Of a stretch of DNA of 64,000 nucleotides, positions 8,541-18,338 are shown piece after piece. Positions within the stretch are counted from its first letter, which is position 1, and each line of letters opens with the position of its first letter. The position numbers and the translations under genes were made by a program. Under the pieces are notes generated by a model. The model worked only from the letters and a program-made list of their open reading frames with translations, was not told the origin of the DNA and made no database searches. This DNA comes from Candidatus Thorarchaeota archaeon (GTDB taxonomy: Archaea; Asgardarchaeota; Thorarchaeia; Thorarchaeales; Thorarchaeaceae): contig JAWOEX010000035.1 of NCBI GenBank assembly GCA_046482545.1, forward strand, positions 128,001 through 192,000. Direction: 5' to 3'.

Positions 8541-11500
8541 AGCAAATCCGGTGGTGGATGATGTGAACGATGGGTACCCAAAGAACCCCAGCAAGGTGCT
8601 GGGTAGGGCCATCTTCACCGGCCTGTCCACCCTCGTCCAGCTTGCTCGTAAGCGGGTGACCAAGCAACCGAAAGTCCAGCGACTGGTCGCAGGCATCGAG
8701 GAGATGTGGCAGGAAACGCGGGACGAACTGGAAGCGTTGAAAGATATACGTCCTCATGATTTTTCGCCAGTTCAGTCACGGGAGCCCAACATGCGGAAGA
8801 GCTTCCTTGGTGTGCTCTGGTGGACGACATGGTCGTATGGTAACACGGAGTTCAAGCGGGTGTACAGCTGGCAGGAGGGTACCATCGGCCCCCTCAACGA
8901 GCTCCTCAACTTCGCTGGGGCAGAGCTCCGTCTTGTGGCTATCACCCGCTATCCCTTCCCTGAGCCCAACTATTACCAGGTCTGGAAAACTCCAGATGAG
9001 CGGCGCATCGTTGTGGACACAAGTGTCACCAAGAAGGTCAGAGTGGAGAACTATGAGTCGGGATATGTGAAGGCGGGATACCCGGCCACATCCGGTTCTC
9101 CCCGGATCCTGCTCTGCCACCCGAGCCTGCCGAGTCTCGACTTTGTGGATATGATTCGTGCACATGTGGTCGAACTCATCCGACAGTGCTTCATCCACAA
9201 CGTCCCAAAGAAAGATGCCCAGCGGTATATCCGGCTGCTCATCTACAGGCTGAGGCCCTTCTTGGACTGGGTCTACACGGATGGGGAGTACGGGCGCAAG
9301 CATTTCCATCCCGGGGCGACTCAGGAACTGATGAAAATCGTCAAAGAAATCCGAGCTGTCTATTCCCGAACCACGGTAAAGGTCGCTCGGTTGACCCACC
9401 AGCTCGACAAGGAGGATGGGGATGAAAGCGCTGAGAAGTTTAGGTCCCCGACCGTCGCCGACATCGTACAACAGCTCAAGGCTGCATTTGAACGGGATTC
9501 CTCTGACCAAACCAAACACATCGTCCGCAGCATCCTGAAACGCATCAAGCTGAGTGACCTCAAGGATGATGAGCTAGGGGCGTTCGTTGGCCAGATGATG
9601 CCTAAGAATGAAAAAGGGGAGCAGGACGACAGCGAAAAGAAGGACCGGGAGAGTGCCCTGACAGACAAGGACGCAGAGGATTTCGTAGAAAAGATTGAGA
9701 CAATGTCGATGCGGCAGGGTAACTACTGGCACAAATTCTTGTTCAGTGACATGTACCACCCGTACTCGCTGAAAGCGGCTGTCTTCTATGGAGACAGGGG
9801 CCTGGACAAACCTGATGACACGCTTATAGCCGCAGAGGTTCCTGTAAGCGGCACAGAAGGAGCGGGGCAGGCAGATATCGTGGTGTTTGTCCGGCGGGAT
9901 GTAGGTGACCGCGCAGTATGGACACCTGTGATGCTCCTTGATGTCAAGACGAAGACTGGGATAGACTGGGAACTCTTGGGTGTACGACCCAGGTCGAAAA
10001 AGGACGCGAGAGTTCCGTATTTCTACCTCAGCAAACGCCCCCTGAGCCAGGATGAATGGGAACACATCGTAGCGACGGCACCTTCGAAAAGGAGTCGTGG
10101 ACAGCTCGAAGCATATGAGACGAATCTCCTGCAGGAGTACAAGAGTATCATTGCAGACGCCGAAGCCCCAAAGAAGCTGTATCGGGGTGTCGTGCTCGTC
10201 GATGCAAGTGAGGACAGGTTCACCGTTTTTGACGCACTGCCCGGGTTGATTCGGGAAGTCCTCGACAGGGTCAGTTATGTGCCGGGTTCACCCAACGCTC
10301 CTGTCGCATATACGATCGCAATGTCCGATGGCCCAGAGCAAGCGACGAGCCCACATATCGCACTCGTCTTGGAGGACACAACAGGGCCCTCCTCCCTGCT
10401 GGGAAGGACCATGCCACTTACGGAAATCGAAGGGACTGACCCCTTCGCATCACGAAAGAAAGACGATACCCTGTTCACCCTCTACCTCTCCGTAGGCTCA
10501 TCTATTTCAGCCGGGCCATCAGCAGCCTGGGTCTCAAGGAACTGGCACCTGCTGAATCACCTTCGTGAGCAGTTCGAGCACACCGGGGACACCCCGGACG
10601 TTGTGTGGGTAGACCTGCTTGGTGATCTCCCAACGCAGGAGCTCGCCATAACACGACTGAGGCTTGACATGCAGTGGTTGTCCCCGGAATGGGAAGAGCA
10701 TATCCAGGGACTCAGAGATCTCTTCGAGGATATCCGTATCATCGACCTCAGGGACAAGGTGATTGACGCCGTCTTTGGGACAGACAAAGATACCATCTAT
10801 AACCTGAAAGTTGCACTACGGGAAGAGCTGTCCGCAAAGGAAACGCAGCTGGTGGTCCTCGATGGCTGGGCAAACCTCCGCGATATGAGCCCTCGGCGTT
10901 GTACCAACACGCTCGATGCCCTTGAGTATGCATTGGTCGAGTGCCTGAAAGGCACGGCTGACGAGGTGGTCTGGCTAGACAGGCCAGTCCCGTCGGCAAA
11001 GACATCAGCGATGTATCAGAAACGGAAGATGAATCCCCTACCCCACGACTCTCCGCGGCAACGCCTGCTGGACGAGATCATCTGGAACCTGCCGACCCCG
11101 CCCAAAGTCCTGGGCTGGAAATCACCCCTGCGGGAAGATGTCCGGGTGATAGTCCAGGACACGGCGACCAATGTCCCTCCCTGGAAGACCAGTATCTTCG
11201 TACCACACCTCACAGCTTGGGCAGAACGTTTCCGGGGATACTCGCGAGAGGACAGGACGGTGAGCTTTGAGGAGGTACGTGAGGCACAGCTCCAACCCAT
11301 GTATGGACGAGGCGTGACGCTCAGCTCTGTCTCCTGCAATGTCTCAGCTCTTCCGCCATACACCACTGAGGATGTCTGTGCCGACGCTGCCTTGCTGGCG
11401 CCGAGCCTTGAGCGGCGAGATGAAGACACGGCTGAAACAGAATACTCTGAGACAGACTGGTTTGAAGTCCAAAGGATGGAAACGGCGGTTCCAAGAGGAT

Positions 11501-13476
11501 ACGACAGTGACGGACGCGAACTACTCAAGCACATGACGTTCAAAGTCCTCGGTAACGCAGAACCAGTGGACGAAGATGAAAGGAAGGAGGGCGACCCAGG
11601 CCCTCTCTACACCTCACCTGATACCATCACCAGGGGCTGGAGACGGTGGAAGCCGAGTGTTGAAGAACAGCAGGAGAAGGAGCGGGACGACAGCACACGG
11701 GGAGTATTGAGGCCGCCCCCGGTCGCTCCTACTAGGTCGAAGTACATCGATACGTTCGAGACGCGGAGGCAGGAGCTCGTCCGCTTTCGCAATACTCTGC
11801 GGTTTGTGAGGAAGATGACTCCTCAGCATGAGACTGGGCAATGGAAAGAGCTACTCAATGAGCTTGCAGAGATTGCAGAGGCGGCGTTTACATCAAGGGG
11901 ATTGACATGGACACCTCTCGAAGTATTGCAAGACATCAAGCGCAAGCTCCAAAGGAACTCTCAATCGAAATCCATGTGGAACCTCTTGCAAGGAGTACGG
12001 GAAGACATCCTTGCCGAGTTACACCTGCACATCCGGACAACAATTGCCGACATCAGGAAACACAATCCGGAGATCTTGTCCCTCTACGGCAATCACTTCG
12101 TCCTGCTATTGCTTGCACTTGAGAGGAGGCAGTTGATTCAGAACCAAGGGCCTGTGCTTAACATCCTTTGGCGCGTGTTCTGGTGCTGGCAGCTTATACA
12201 GATGGGATTTGCAACAAAAGAGCAAGAGCTCGTTACTACAAAATACGATGTCCACGCCATCTGGTCGAACTTGGTCTGGAGAGCCAAGATACTCGCAGAA
12301 ACGATCCGCTTTACCCGGCCAACGGATGTGGTTAGGCGTGCGGTAAGGGTCTCAAATGAGCAGGAAAACGATTTCTGGATGTTCATCGAGGACGCACCGG
12401 GGAGCGACAGGTTTGAGGTGGCGTATATCCCCCTGGAAGGCAGGAGGAACTTCTGGGGATGGCACCCAGCTGAAACAGACCTGAAATTGTTGGCACATAA
12501 AGCTGAATGGACAGGGGCAACGGACGAAGCAAACTATGTTATCACGAGGGTACAGGGGAACGACATCCTGTGGAAGGCGTACCTCGATTCCACGATTGGT
12601 GAATTCTGGAACCCCATTTGCATCATAGAGTACGGGCCGCCCCCACCCGACAGGCCTTTTCCGATACGATGGGTGAAGAAATCAACAGTGCCAAACGAAC
12701 TACGCTCCCTCTCTTCCCCGCCGTTTGACCTGAAAAGCCAGACACTCGAATACGAACGAATCAGGGGACTTCTCAAAGAAATCGAGGCATATAGTGACCG
12801 GGTGAAGGAGGTGGTATGCCGGTTGTCGCTCGACATGGACGAAAGGGCATATGAGATACAGTTCATCGATTCGTACAGAGGAGAGACGGTGGCTGTCCAT
12901 AAGGCCAAGCGGACAGCCGAAGTACTCCAAGTGCTGAGGGGGCCGTTGTCAGAGCAGGCGCCCTTCGAGACCGAGGATGGTCAGGTCTTGATATGGGACA
13001 CGCGCCAGGACGTGGAGTATACTGATGTCGAGACAGAGGACCGGGTGTTCAGTCTGAGTATGCTCAGGCCCTTTGTGCACAGGAACAAGGTATTGACAGG
13101 AACCATTGTCATCCCGAGGACGGCAGAGGAGCTGCTGGAGAGCTCTGTAGGTGAAGAAGTGAGACTCGTTTTTACCCCTGAAAGGATGTTGGAAGGTTAT
13201 CCAGAAGATAGCACTGGCTGGAGAATATGGTTTAATGAATTCGATTTCGGAGAAACACTGCTGAAATTGGATGATATACGGTTGAGCATCTATGATGTCG
13301 GCCACCTGATCGAGAGCAGGCAACTCTATGACAGTGATACCAGGAAACTGCATCCCATGTATGTCATCTTGAACAGGGTCAAGGACTTCTCTACTCGGGC
13401 TGGCCTCTCGGAGTTCCCGTTGTTCGACGAGAAGCTCAGAGAGAGTAAAGAGCCCAAGCCGCCCTCGAGGAGCTGA
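8509..13476 (+). CDS. Giant multidomain hypothetical protein with a RecB-like PD-(D/E)XK nuclease and a degenerate RecA/KaiC-like domain
   Basis: 1655-codon ORF; AEVPV...GQADIV...LLDVKT...QLEAY nuclease motifs; VVWVDL and LVVLDG strands without an intact Walker A. Confidence 0.75.
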   Translation: MPKYYIEGSTRANPVVDDVNDGYPKNPSKVLGRAIFTGLSTLVQLARKRVTKQPKVQRLVAGIEEMWQETRDELEALKDIRPHDFSPVQSREPNMRKSFLGVLWWTTWSYGNTEFKRVYSWQEGTIGPLNELLNFAGAELRLVAITRYPFPEPNYYQVWKTPDERRIVVDTSVTKKVRVENYESGYVKAGYPATSGSPRILLCHPSLPSLDFVDMIRAHVVELIRQCFIHNVPKKDAQRYIRLLIYRLRPFLDWVYTDGEYGRKHFHPGATQELMKIVKEIRAVYSRTTVKVARLTHQLDKEDGDESAEKFRSPTVADIVQQLKAAFERDSSDQTKHIVRSILKRIKLSDLKDDELGAFVGQMMPKNEKGEQDDSEKKDRESALTDKDAEDFVEKIETMSMRQGNYWHKFLFSDMYHPYSLKAAVFYGDRGLDKPDDTLIAAEVPVSGTEGAGQADIVVFVRRDVGDRAVWTPVMLLDVKTKTGIDWELLGVRPRSKKDARVPYFYLSKRPLSQDEWEHIVATAPSKRSRGQLEAYETNLLQEYKSIIADAEAPKKLYRGVVLVDASEDRFTVFDALPGLIREVLDRVSYVPGSPNAPVAYTIAMSDGPEQATSPHIALVLEDTTGPSSLLGRTMPLTEIEGTDPFASRKKDDTLFTLYLSVGSSISAGPSAAWVSRNWHLLNHLREQFEHTGDTPDVVWVDLLGDLPTQELAITRLRLDMQWLSPEWEEHIQGLRDLFEDIRIIDLRDKVIDAVFGTDKDTIYNLKVALREELSAKETQLVVLDGWANLRDMSPRRCTNTLDALEYALVECLKGTADEVVWLDRPVPSAKTSAMYQKRKMNPLPHDSPRQRLLDEIIWNLPTPPKVLGWKSPLREDVRVIVQDTATNVPPWKTSIFVPHLTAWAERFRGYSREDRTVSFEEVREAQLQPMYGRGVTLSSVSCNVSALPPYTTEDVCADAALLAPSLERRDEDTAETEYSETDWFEVQRMETAVPRGYDSDGRELLKHMTFKVLGNAEPVDEDERKEGDPGPLYTSPDTITRGWRRWKPSVEEQQEKERDDSTRGVLRPPPVAPTRSKYIDTFETRRQELVRFRNTLRFVRKMTPQHETGQWKELLNELAEIAEAAFTSRGLTWTPLEVLQDIKRKLQRNSQSKSMWNLLQGVREDILAELHLHIRTTIADIRKHNPEILSLYGNHFVLLLLALERRQLIQNQGPVLNILWRVFWCWQLIQMGFATKEQELVTTKYDVHAIWSNLVWRAKILAETIRFTRPTDVVRRAVRVSNEQENDFWMFIEDAPGSDRFEVAYIPLEGRRNFWGWHPAETDLKLLAHKAEWTGATDEANYVITRVQGNDILWKAYLDSTIGEFWNPICIIEYGPPPPDRPFPIRWVKKSTVPNELRSLSSPPFDLKSQTLEYERIRGLLKEIEAYSDRVKEVVCRLSLDMDERAYEIQFIDSYRGETVAVHKAKRTAEVLQVLRGPLSEQAPFETEDGQVLIWDTRQDVEYTDVETEDRVFSLSMLRPFVHRNKVLTGTIVIPRTAEELLESSVGEEVRLVFTPERMLEGYPEDSTGWRIWFNEFDFGETLLKLDDIRLSIYDVGHLIESRQLYDSDTRKLHPMYVILNRVKDFSTRAGLSEFPLFDEKLRESKEPKPPSRS

Positions 13477-13624
13477 CAGGGTGGTAGATATGAAGGGCGC
13501 AGATTTGTTAAGCTCATCACATAACCTACAATCCCAACGTAGGTGCCCGAACTCCTGCTATACGGGTAAGATATCGACTTGGTGTATGCAGGATGGTCTA
13601 TCTCCCACACGAGGTAACAGGAAA

Positions 13625-13677
13625 TTTTACAGAAATCTTACACTTTTATACCCTGATTTTTTAGGATTTTTGTAAAA
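13625..13677. repeat. ~16-bp imperfect inverted repeat (possible terminator or element end)
   Basis: ttttacagaaatctta ... taggatttttgtaaaa. Confidence 0.5.
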
Positions 13678-14034
13678 CTTAACCATTCCTGAGCTGGCTA
13701 ACATGCCCACGTAGCTGTTCGATGTTCGTCTTGATTGCTCTTGACACTTCTTGTCTGATGCTTTCCTACTCAACTTCTTCATCTTGTTTGATTCTTCGTC
13801 GACGGAGTATAATAGCATCATATTTGATATTCCTGACATTAGAGACATGTGTGCTTCTTCCCATTTCACTTCCGATTCTTCAAGACCCCATCACAAAGAA
13901 TCCTGTATCTAGGATTGCTTATGCGAGGGCTTTCCATGCTTCTAGCTCCCTATGATTAGAAGTGAATATCACCAAGCATCTTAAGGGCACTCTATTCGCG
14001 GGTATCTCATGGAGACATTCTCTGAGAATCACGG

Positions 14035-14860
14035 ATGTGCAAAGAAGTGAGGGACATCGATATCGAGTTGAACAGAAGAGCCTATCTTGCTGGGGGACTG
14101 GTCAATGGCACCGTTAAAGTACACACTGACGAATACTTTGACTGCGATGATTTCTATGTATACGTCCGAGGCGACGACAAGACCAGTATTACTGTTGGTA
14201 GTGGAAAACGTCACCGGACCTACCTCGGTTATACAAAACTCGTTGAGCACAACTTGGATATCCTGAACATACGAAGATTCCGGGCAGGAAAGACCCCTAT
14301 GAAATTCTCTTTTCTCCTACCAAGGGGGCTGCCACCAACTTACAAAGGACCCGGAGCTAGAATCAAGTATTGGATAGAAGCGAAAGCTGAGGTTTCGTGG
14401 TCTCTGAATCCTGAAGCGCAGAAAGAATTCTGGGTATTTTCGCCGGGAGCTAGAGCGACAACAGCTAATCATAGAGCATCCGATGAATACGAAGAGCAGA
14501 AGCCATTGGAGATTCGTATAGATGAAACCAGCACCCCCTTGAGAATGAGATACCTTTCCAGTTCCAAGTATTTAGTGGGATTGAAGCTTGAAGTATCAGA
14601 GCGGAGCTTATCCATTGCCAAGATTGGAGAACACGAAATCGTTCCCGGGGAACAGAGAGAACTCTTATACACAAAGAAACGCTAGAATCCAAGTTTAAAA
14701 GGAGTCGGTGAATCGATTGGAGTATTCCTACTCAACAGCATTTTCCGGCCACTTTCAAGACGCGACTCATTACCAGCTGGTATTTTCTTGAGGTTACACT
14801 AGACCGACCATGGCGTTTCGTCAAATCTACTTGCCTTGTAGTGGTCCCCTTTTTTCAAGC
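14035..14860 (+). pseudogene. Arrestin/Vps26-fold (alpha-arrestin-like) gene, disrupted
   Basis: Arrestin-N pattern (AYLAGGLVNGTV...FSFLLPRGLPPTYKG...IKYWIEAK...W); the arrestin-C motif (IPTQQHFPATFKTRLITSWYFLEVTLDRPW) continues in a shifted frame after ~14535 with TGA at 14589 and 14709. Confidence 0.75.
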
Positions 14861-14905
14861 CAATATACCACTAACTCTAGGAGAAATACTAGCCGAAAAT
14901 TCTGA

Positions 14906-15012
14906 TGGTCGGGACGGCCGGATTTGAACCGGCAGCCGACGGATTTCTGGATGCGATTCCAAAGGAATCACTTACTACAGTCCGTTGCTCTGCCAGATTG
15001 AGCTACATCCCG
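14906..15012 (-). tRNA. tRNA-Tyr(GTA) with a 30-nt intron at 37/38 (14945-14974); CCA encoded
   Basis: Full cloverleaf, C1:G72 pair, TTCAAAT T-loop. Confidence 0.95.
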
Positions 15013-15275
15013 CTGGTTTTGTTTTGGCAGGAGAACAACTGTACAACAAGAATCCTGTTGCTCCGCCAGATTGAGGTCTTACTGATTTACTTTAAAACAT
15101 TACTCTCGTGGATAAAAAGTATGGCATGAAAACAATCCCGGTCTTGGAATTGGAACGCCCAATAGGCCTAGACAGTCATTACAGAGTTCAGCTCTTGTCT
15201 TGGTTCGGGTATTATGTGATTATTACAGGTCTTCTTATGCTGTAGTATGGAATATAAATATGGAGTAAAACAAGC

Positions 15276-15566
15276 ATGGCAGATATCGAGCGAAAGATAC
15301 GCAAAGCACTTGAGATGAAGGGTATCAGGTGCCAATCGGTTTACAAAATCCCCAATGCAGACAATGCGGAACGTGTTCTGATTGCATTTGATTCAAAGCA
15401 CAACGGCAAGTTAACCACAAAAAACGTCAGAAGTGCACTCAATTCAATTGGTATAGGGCGTTTCAGTGTACCAAGAGACTTCCAGCACCTAAGTGCTGCA
15501 TTTGTTCATCTGGAAGTAGAACTTGGAGCAAGGATGGAATCTGAAATCAATACCGGCGCAAGCTAG
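15276..15566 (+). CDS. Hypothetical protein (96 aa)
   Basis: ATG with upstream TATA-like tataaata and ggag; protein-like composition. Confidence 0.65.
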   Translation: MADIERKIRKALEMKGIRCQSVYKIPNADNAERVLIAFDSKHNGKLTTKNVRSALNSIGIGRFSVPRDFQHLSAAFVHLEVELGARMESEINTGAS

Positions 15567-15582
15567 TAGGGGATCCCAAGTG

Positions 15583-16341
15583 ATGGATCTTAAGTTTAAG
15601 GATAGAAATTTCTTAGTTACCGCTGCGTCACGCGGTCTTGGATTTGGTGTGGCAAAAGCATTGATTGAGGAAGAGGGCAATGTACTCATTTGTGGACGAA
15701 CAGAGAATGCATTGAAGGCTGCTGTGAAGAAACTCGGCAAACACTCAGATTACGTCGTTGCAGATGTGTCCAAGAAAGAAGATATCGAGAAGCTTCTAGA
15801 CGTTGCTGCTTCAAAATTTTCGAAGCTTGATGGGCTATTTGTCAATGCAGGTGGCCCCCCGCCAGGTCAGTTCTCTGACATCTCTGATGAACAATGGAAA
15901 TCTTCCTTCGAACTCACTCTCATGAGTGCGGTCTGGCTAACTCGATTTGCTCTTCCTTTACTCGAAAAATCAAATAACCCCTCAATTCTCTATAGCACCT
16001 CAATATCAGTAAAACAACCTATAGAGAATCTCCTTTTGTCAAACTCGATACGCCCCGCAGTAATAGGATTGATGCGTACTTTGGCTGATGAAATCGGAAC
16101 AAAAGGAATACGTGTTAATGCAGTCTGTCCTGGATATATCTACACCCAACGGGTTGAGGAACTGTTAGAAGCAGACGAAGAGAGTTCCAAATCTGCCATT
16201 GAAAGCAATATCCCAATTGGACGTATTGGCACACCTGAAGAGTACGGCAAGGTTTGCACCTTTCTATTGAGCCCGGTGGCCGGCTACATACACGGGACCT
16301 CAGTCTTGGTTGATGGCGGATTATACCGTGGCATGCTGTAA
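15583..16341 (+). CDS. Short-chain dehydrogenase/reductase (SDR)
   Basis: LVTAASRGLG, NAGGPPPG, SNSIR, IRVNAVCPG, VDGG. Confidence 0.92.
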   Translation: MDLKFKDRNFLVTAASRGLGFGVAKALIEEEGNVLICGRTENALKAAVKKLGKHSDYVVADVSKKEDIEKLLDVAASKFSKLDGLFVNAGGPPPGQFSDISDEQWKSSFELTLMSAVWLTRFALPLLEKSNNPSILYSTSISVKQPIENLLLSNSIRPAVIGLMRTLADEIGTKGIRVNAVCPGYIYTQRVEELLEADEESSKSAIESNIPIGRIGTPEEYGKVCTFLLSPVAGYIHGTSVLVDGGLYRGML

Positions 16342-16347
16342 GATAGA

Positions 16348-17316
16348 TTAAAACATGGACTCGAATTCGCTTCCATCAATCCTTCCCAGTCGCCTTAAGG
16401 CCTCCTCAGCATATTTCCTAACGCGGGCATCTTCATCATCTAAGAGATGCTCTAGACTTGCTGCTGCTGGGGGGTACGGTGAAACCCCCATTGCCCAAGC
16501 CGCTACACGACGAACCTCCGTGTGAGGAGATGACAAGAATTCAGCTATGGACCTCAGGATTATTTCTGATCGTTTCTCTACAATCAAGCGAATCATTCGA
16601 ACTTGCTCTTCAGGTGGAGCTTCTTTCATAGCATCGATGAGTCCCTGTACGGCCTTAGGGGCTCCCATATCCCTGAGAGCACGGACACTCCAGTCTCTGA
16701 CTGCTTCAGATTCGTCTTCAAGTGCGGCAAGTAAACAATCGATAGACTCTTCATCTGCTATTCTTCCCAGGGCCCAAGCCGCTGATTTTCGCATATCCTC
16801 ACTTGAATCGCCAAGTATGGCGCATAATGATCCAACGGTCTTATCATCATCAATCTTGGTCAGGGCATGAACAGCTTCTCTTCGAAGCTCCATATTCTCA
16901 CCGGTATCTCGTGCAATCTGTCGTAGTACCCTTCCATATTCGTTCGGGTGTTCACTGGCTAGAATATGAGTTGCCCACTTCCTGACTTCAAAAGGCTCGT
17001 TCTCATCTCTGACCAGTTTAAGGCAGTCTGCTGTGAATTCTTCGCTTCGAGTCCTGTAGACAGCGCGTAAACCCAACACTCGTACGTCTGAGCTTTGATC
17101 ATTTACTGCTCGACCTATTGCTTCACACATGAGTTGCCTATCAAGCAAATCACAGATACCAATAATTTGCTTTTTCAAATCTTCTTTTCCTGCGGTATCG
17201 AAAACCGAAGCCACTAACTGCAAGAATTCGGAGGAATGTGTATTGATATACTCAGCAATATCTTCCCGCATCTCTGGTTTGTCGCTTTTCATGATTTGCT
17301 GTTTAATCGTCTTCAA
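16348..17316 (-). CDS. HEAT (PBS-lyase-type) repeat protein
   Basis: Repeated D..VR..AAWALG units. Confidence 0.88.
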   Translation of the reverse strand: MKTIKQQIMKSDKPEMREDIAEYINTHSSEFLQLVASVFDTAGKEDLKKQIIGICDLLDRQLMCEAIGRAVNDQSSDVRVLGLRAVYRTRSEEFTADCLKLVRDENEPFEVRKWATHILASEHPNEYGRVLRQIARDTGENMELRREAVHALTKIDDDKTVGSLCAILGDSSEDMRKSAAWALGRIADEESIDCLLAALEDESEAVRDWSVRALRDMGAPKAVQGLIDAMKEAPPEEQVRMIRLIVEKRSEIILRSIAEFLSSPHTEVRRVAAWAMGVSPYPPAAASLEHLLDDEDARVRKYAEEALRRLGRIDGSEFESMF

Positions 17317-17327
17317 CGAGTATTCAC

Positions 17328-18332
17328 CTAGTATATCTCGAAAGCTGAGACGTTAGGCTTCTTCCATCCATCTTTATTGGGTTGATACTCCACAACAGCG
17401 TAGTATGCCGCCATTTGCAGAGCTATACTGTTTGGGAAAACTTGAGACAAAGGTGTAGACAAATTCAATTCGTCATCTGGCCTGAGGTGGTATACACGCA
17501 TTCCAAGTATTTCTTTTAGGGCCTTCATGTATGATATCATTTCAGCATTGGAGTTGGAAACAAGAACGGCAGAATCCCCTTTTTCTACAGCCAAATTATA
17601 GTGATGTCGAAATTCCTCAGTGAGAATTGCGTTTGCAAATGTAAGTGAGTATTCATTCACTTTGCACATACCGATTTCTGCAGCTGCATAGTTAACTCCG
17701 TCAGATATGAGATACAACCGCCCACTAGGATTAATTATTGGTGCAATTTTCTTTCCTTCTTCTTCTCCCCATTCGAGAATCTGTCCCCCTTTTGATTTCA
17801 GAATTTTCAGGTCTTGATTCAGCTCATCATAATCTCTCTTGATATCACTTGCTACAGTCAACAGGTATGCCATTGCAGAGGTGGTCGGAGAGGAGGGACT
17901 GATATCATAGGATGCGACATGAGATTTCGTCAGCCAGACGTTTTCTGCATATTCCGTAGCACTCCCTTCTGGATTATCCGTCAGCAGGATGGTTGAAACA
18001 CCCATATCACCAGCGGTACGAAGAGAATCTATGGTTGTGAGACTTCGTCCCGAGGCCGAAATGGCAATCAATATTGACTTGTCGTCAAGCCCAATTTGTT
18101 CGATCTCTGGTGGAGAGACAGTCAGTGCATTGATGCCTTTTTTGAGAAGCACCCATTTGCCATAATTAGCTACTGCCAGAGAGTCTCCACATCCAGTGAG
18201 AATAACTCTTTCACTACCTGATATTGCGGAAGCTGCTGAAGTATCTGCACTATTGATAGTGTCTCTAATTGCTGTTTTTTGTTTGGTGATTGCTTTGTAA
18301 CATGCGTCAAGAAATTTCGTCATTTTCTTCAC
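17328..18332 (-). CDS. SIS-domain sugar-phosphate isomerase (GlmS/FrlB-like)
   Basis: LTGCGDS, ISASGRS, EEFRH; two SIS domains. Confidence 0.85.
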   Translation of the reverse strand: MKKMTKFLDACYKAITKQKTAIRDTINSADTSAASAISGSERVILTGCGDSLAVANYGKWVLLKKGINALTVSPPEIEQIGLDDKSILIAISASGRSLTTIDSLRTAGDMGVSTILLTDNPEGSATEYAENVWLTKSHVASYDISPSSPTTSAMAYLLTVASDIKRDYDELNQDLKILKSKGGQILEWGEEEGKKIAPIINPSGRLYLISDGVNYAAAEIGMCKVNEYSLTFANAILTEEFRHHYNLAVEKGDSAVLVSNSNAEMISYMKALKEILGMRVYHLRPDDELNLSTPLSQVFPNSIALQMAAYYAVVEYQPNKDGWKKPNVSAFEIY

Positions 18333-18338
18333 CCTTTC

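Noticed and set aside
8776-9519. 247-aa antisense ORF and the other long antisense ORFs inside the giant gene, tnpB, AcnX and RPA
   Set aside because: Fully nested opposite well-supported genes with no motifs; expected from codon bias and high GC
5203-13609. 9-bp direct repeat tctcccaca (5203-5211, 13601-13609) as a target-site duplication of the island
   Set aside because: A 9-mer match within a few hundred bp of search space on each side is plausible by chance, and there are no inverted repeats inside it
13627-13955. Short ORFs between the giant gene and the arrestin gene
   Set aside because: No recognisable motifs or start signals; possibly gene remnants but not supportable
14589-14711. 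Selenocysteine readthrough of the two TGA codons in the arrestin gene
   Set aside because: They follow a frameshift, are not at redox-Cys positions and are one substitution from Arg/Trp codons; gene decay is simpler
5247-14906. tRNA-Tyr-integrated element with an att duplication
   Set aside because: No copy of the tRNA 3' end was found near the left boundary and no integrase is present
14905-15129. 74-aa ORF (likewise 19290-19700, 32351-32539, 32490-32765, 32708-32905)
   Set aside because: These are shadows of tRNA or SRP RNA genes
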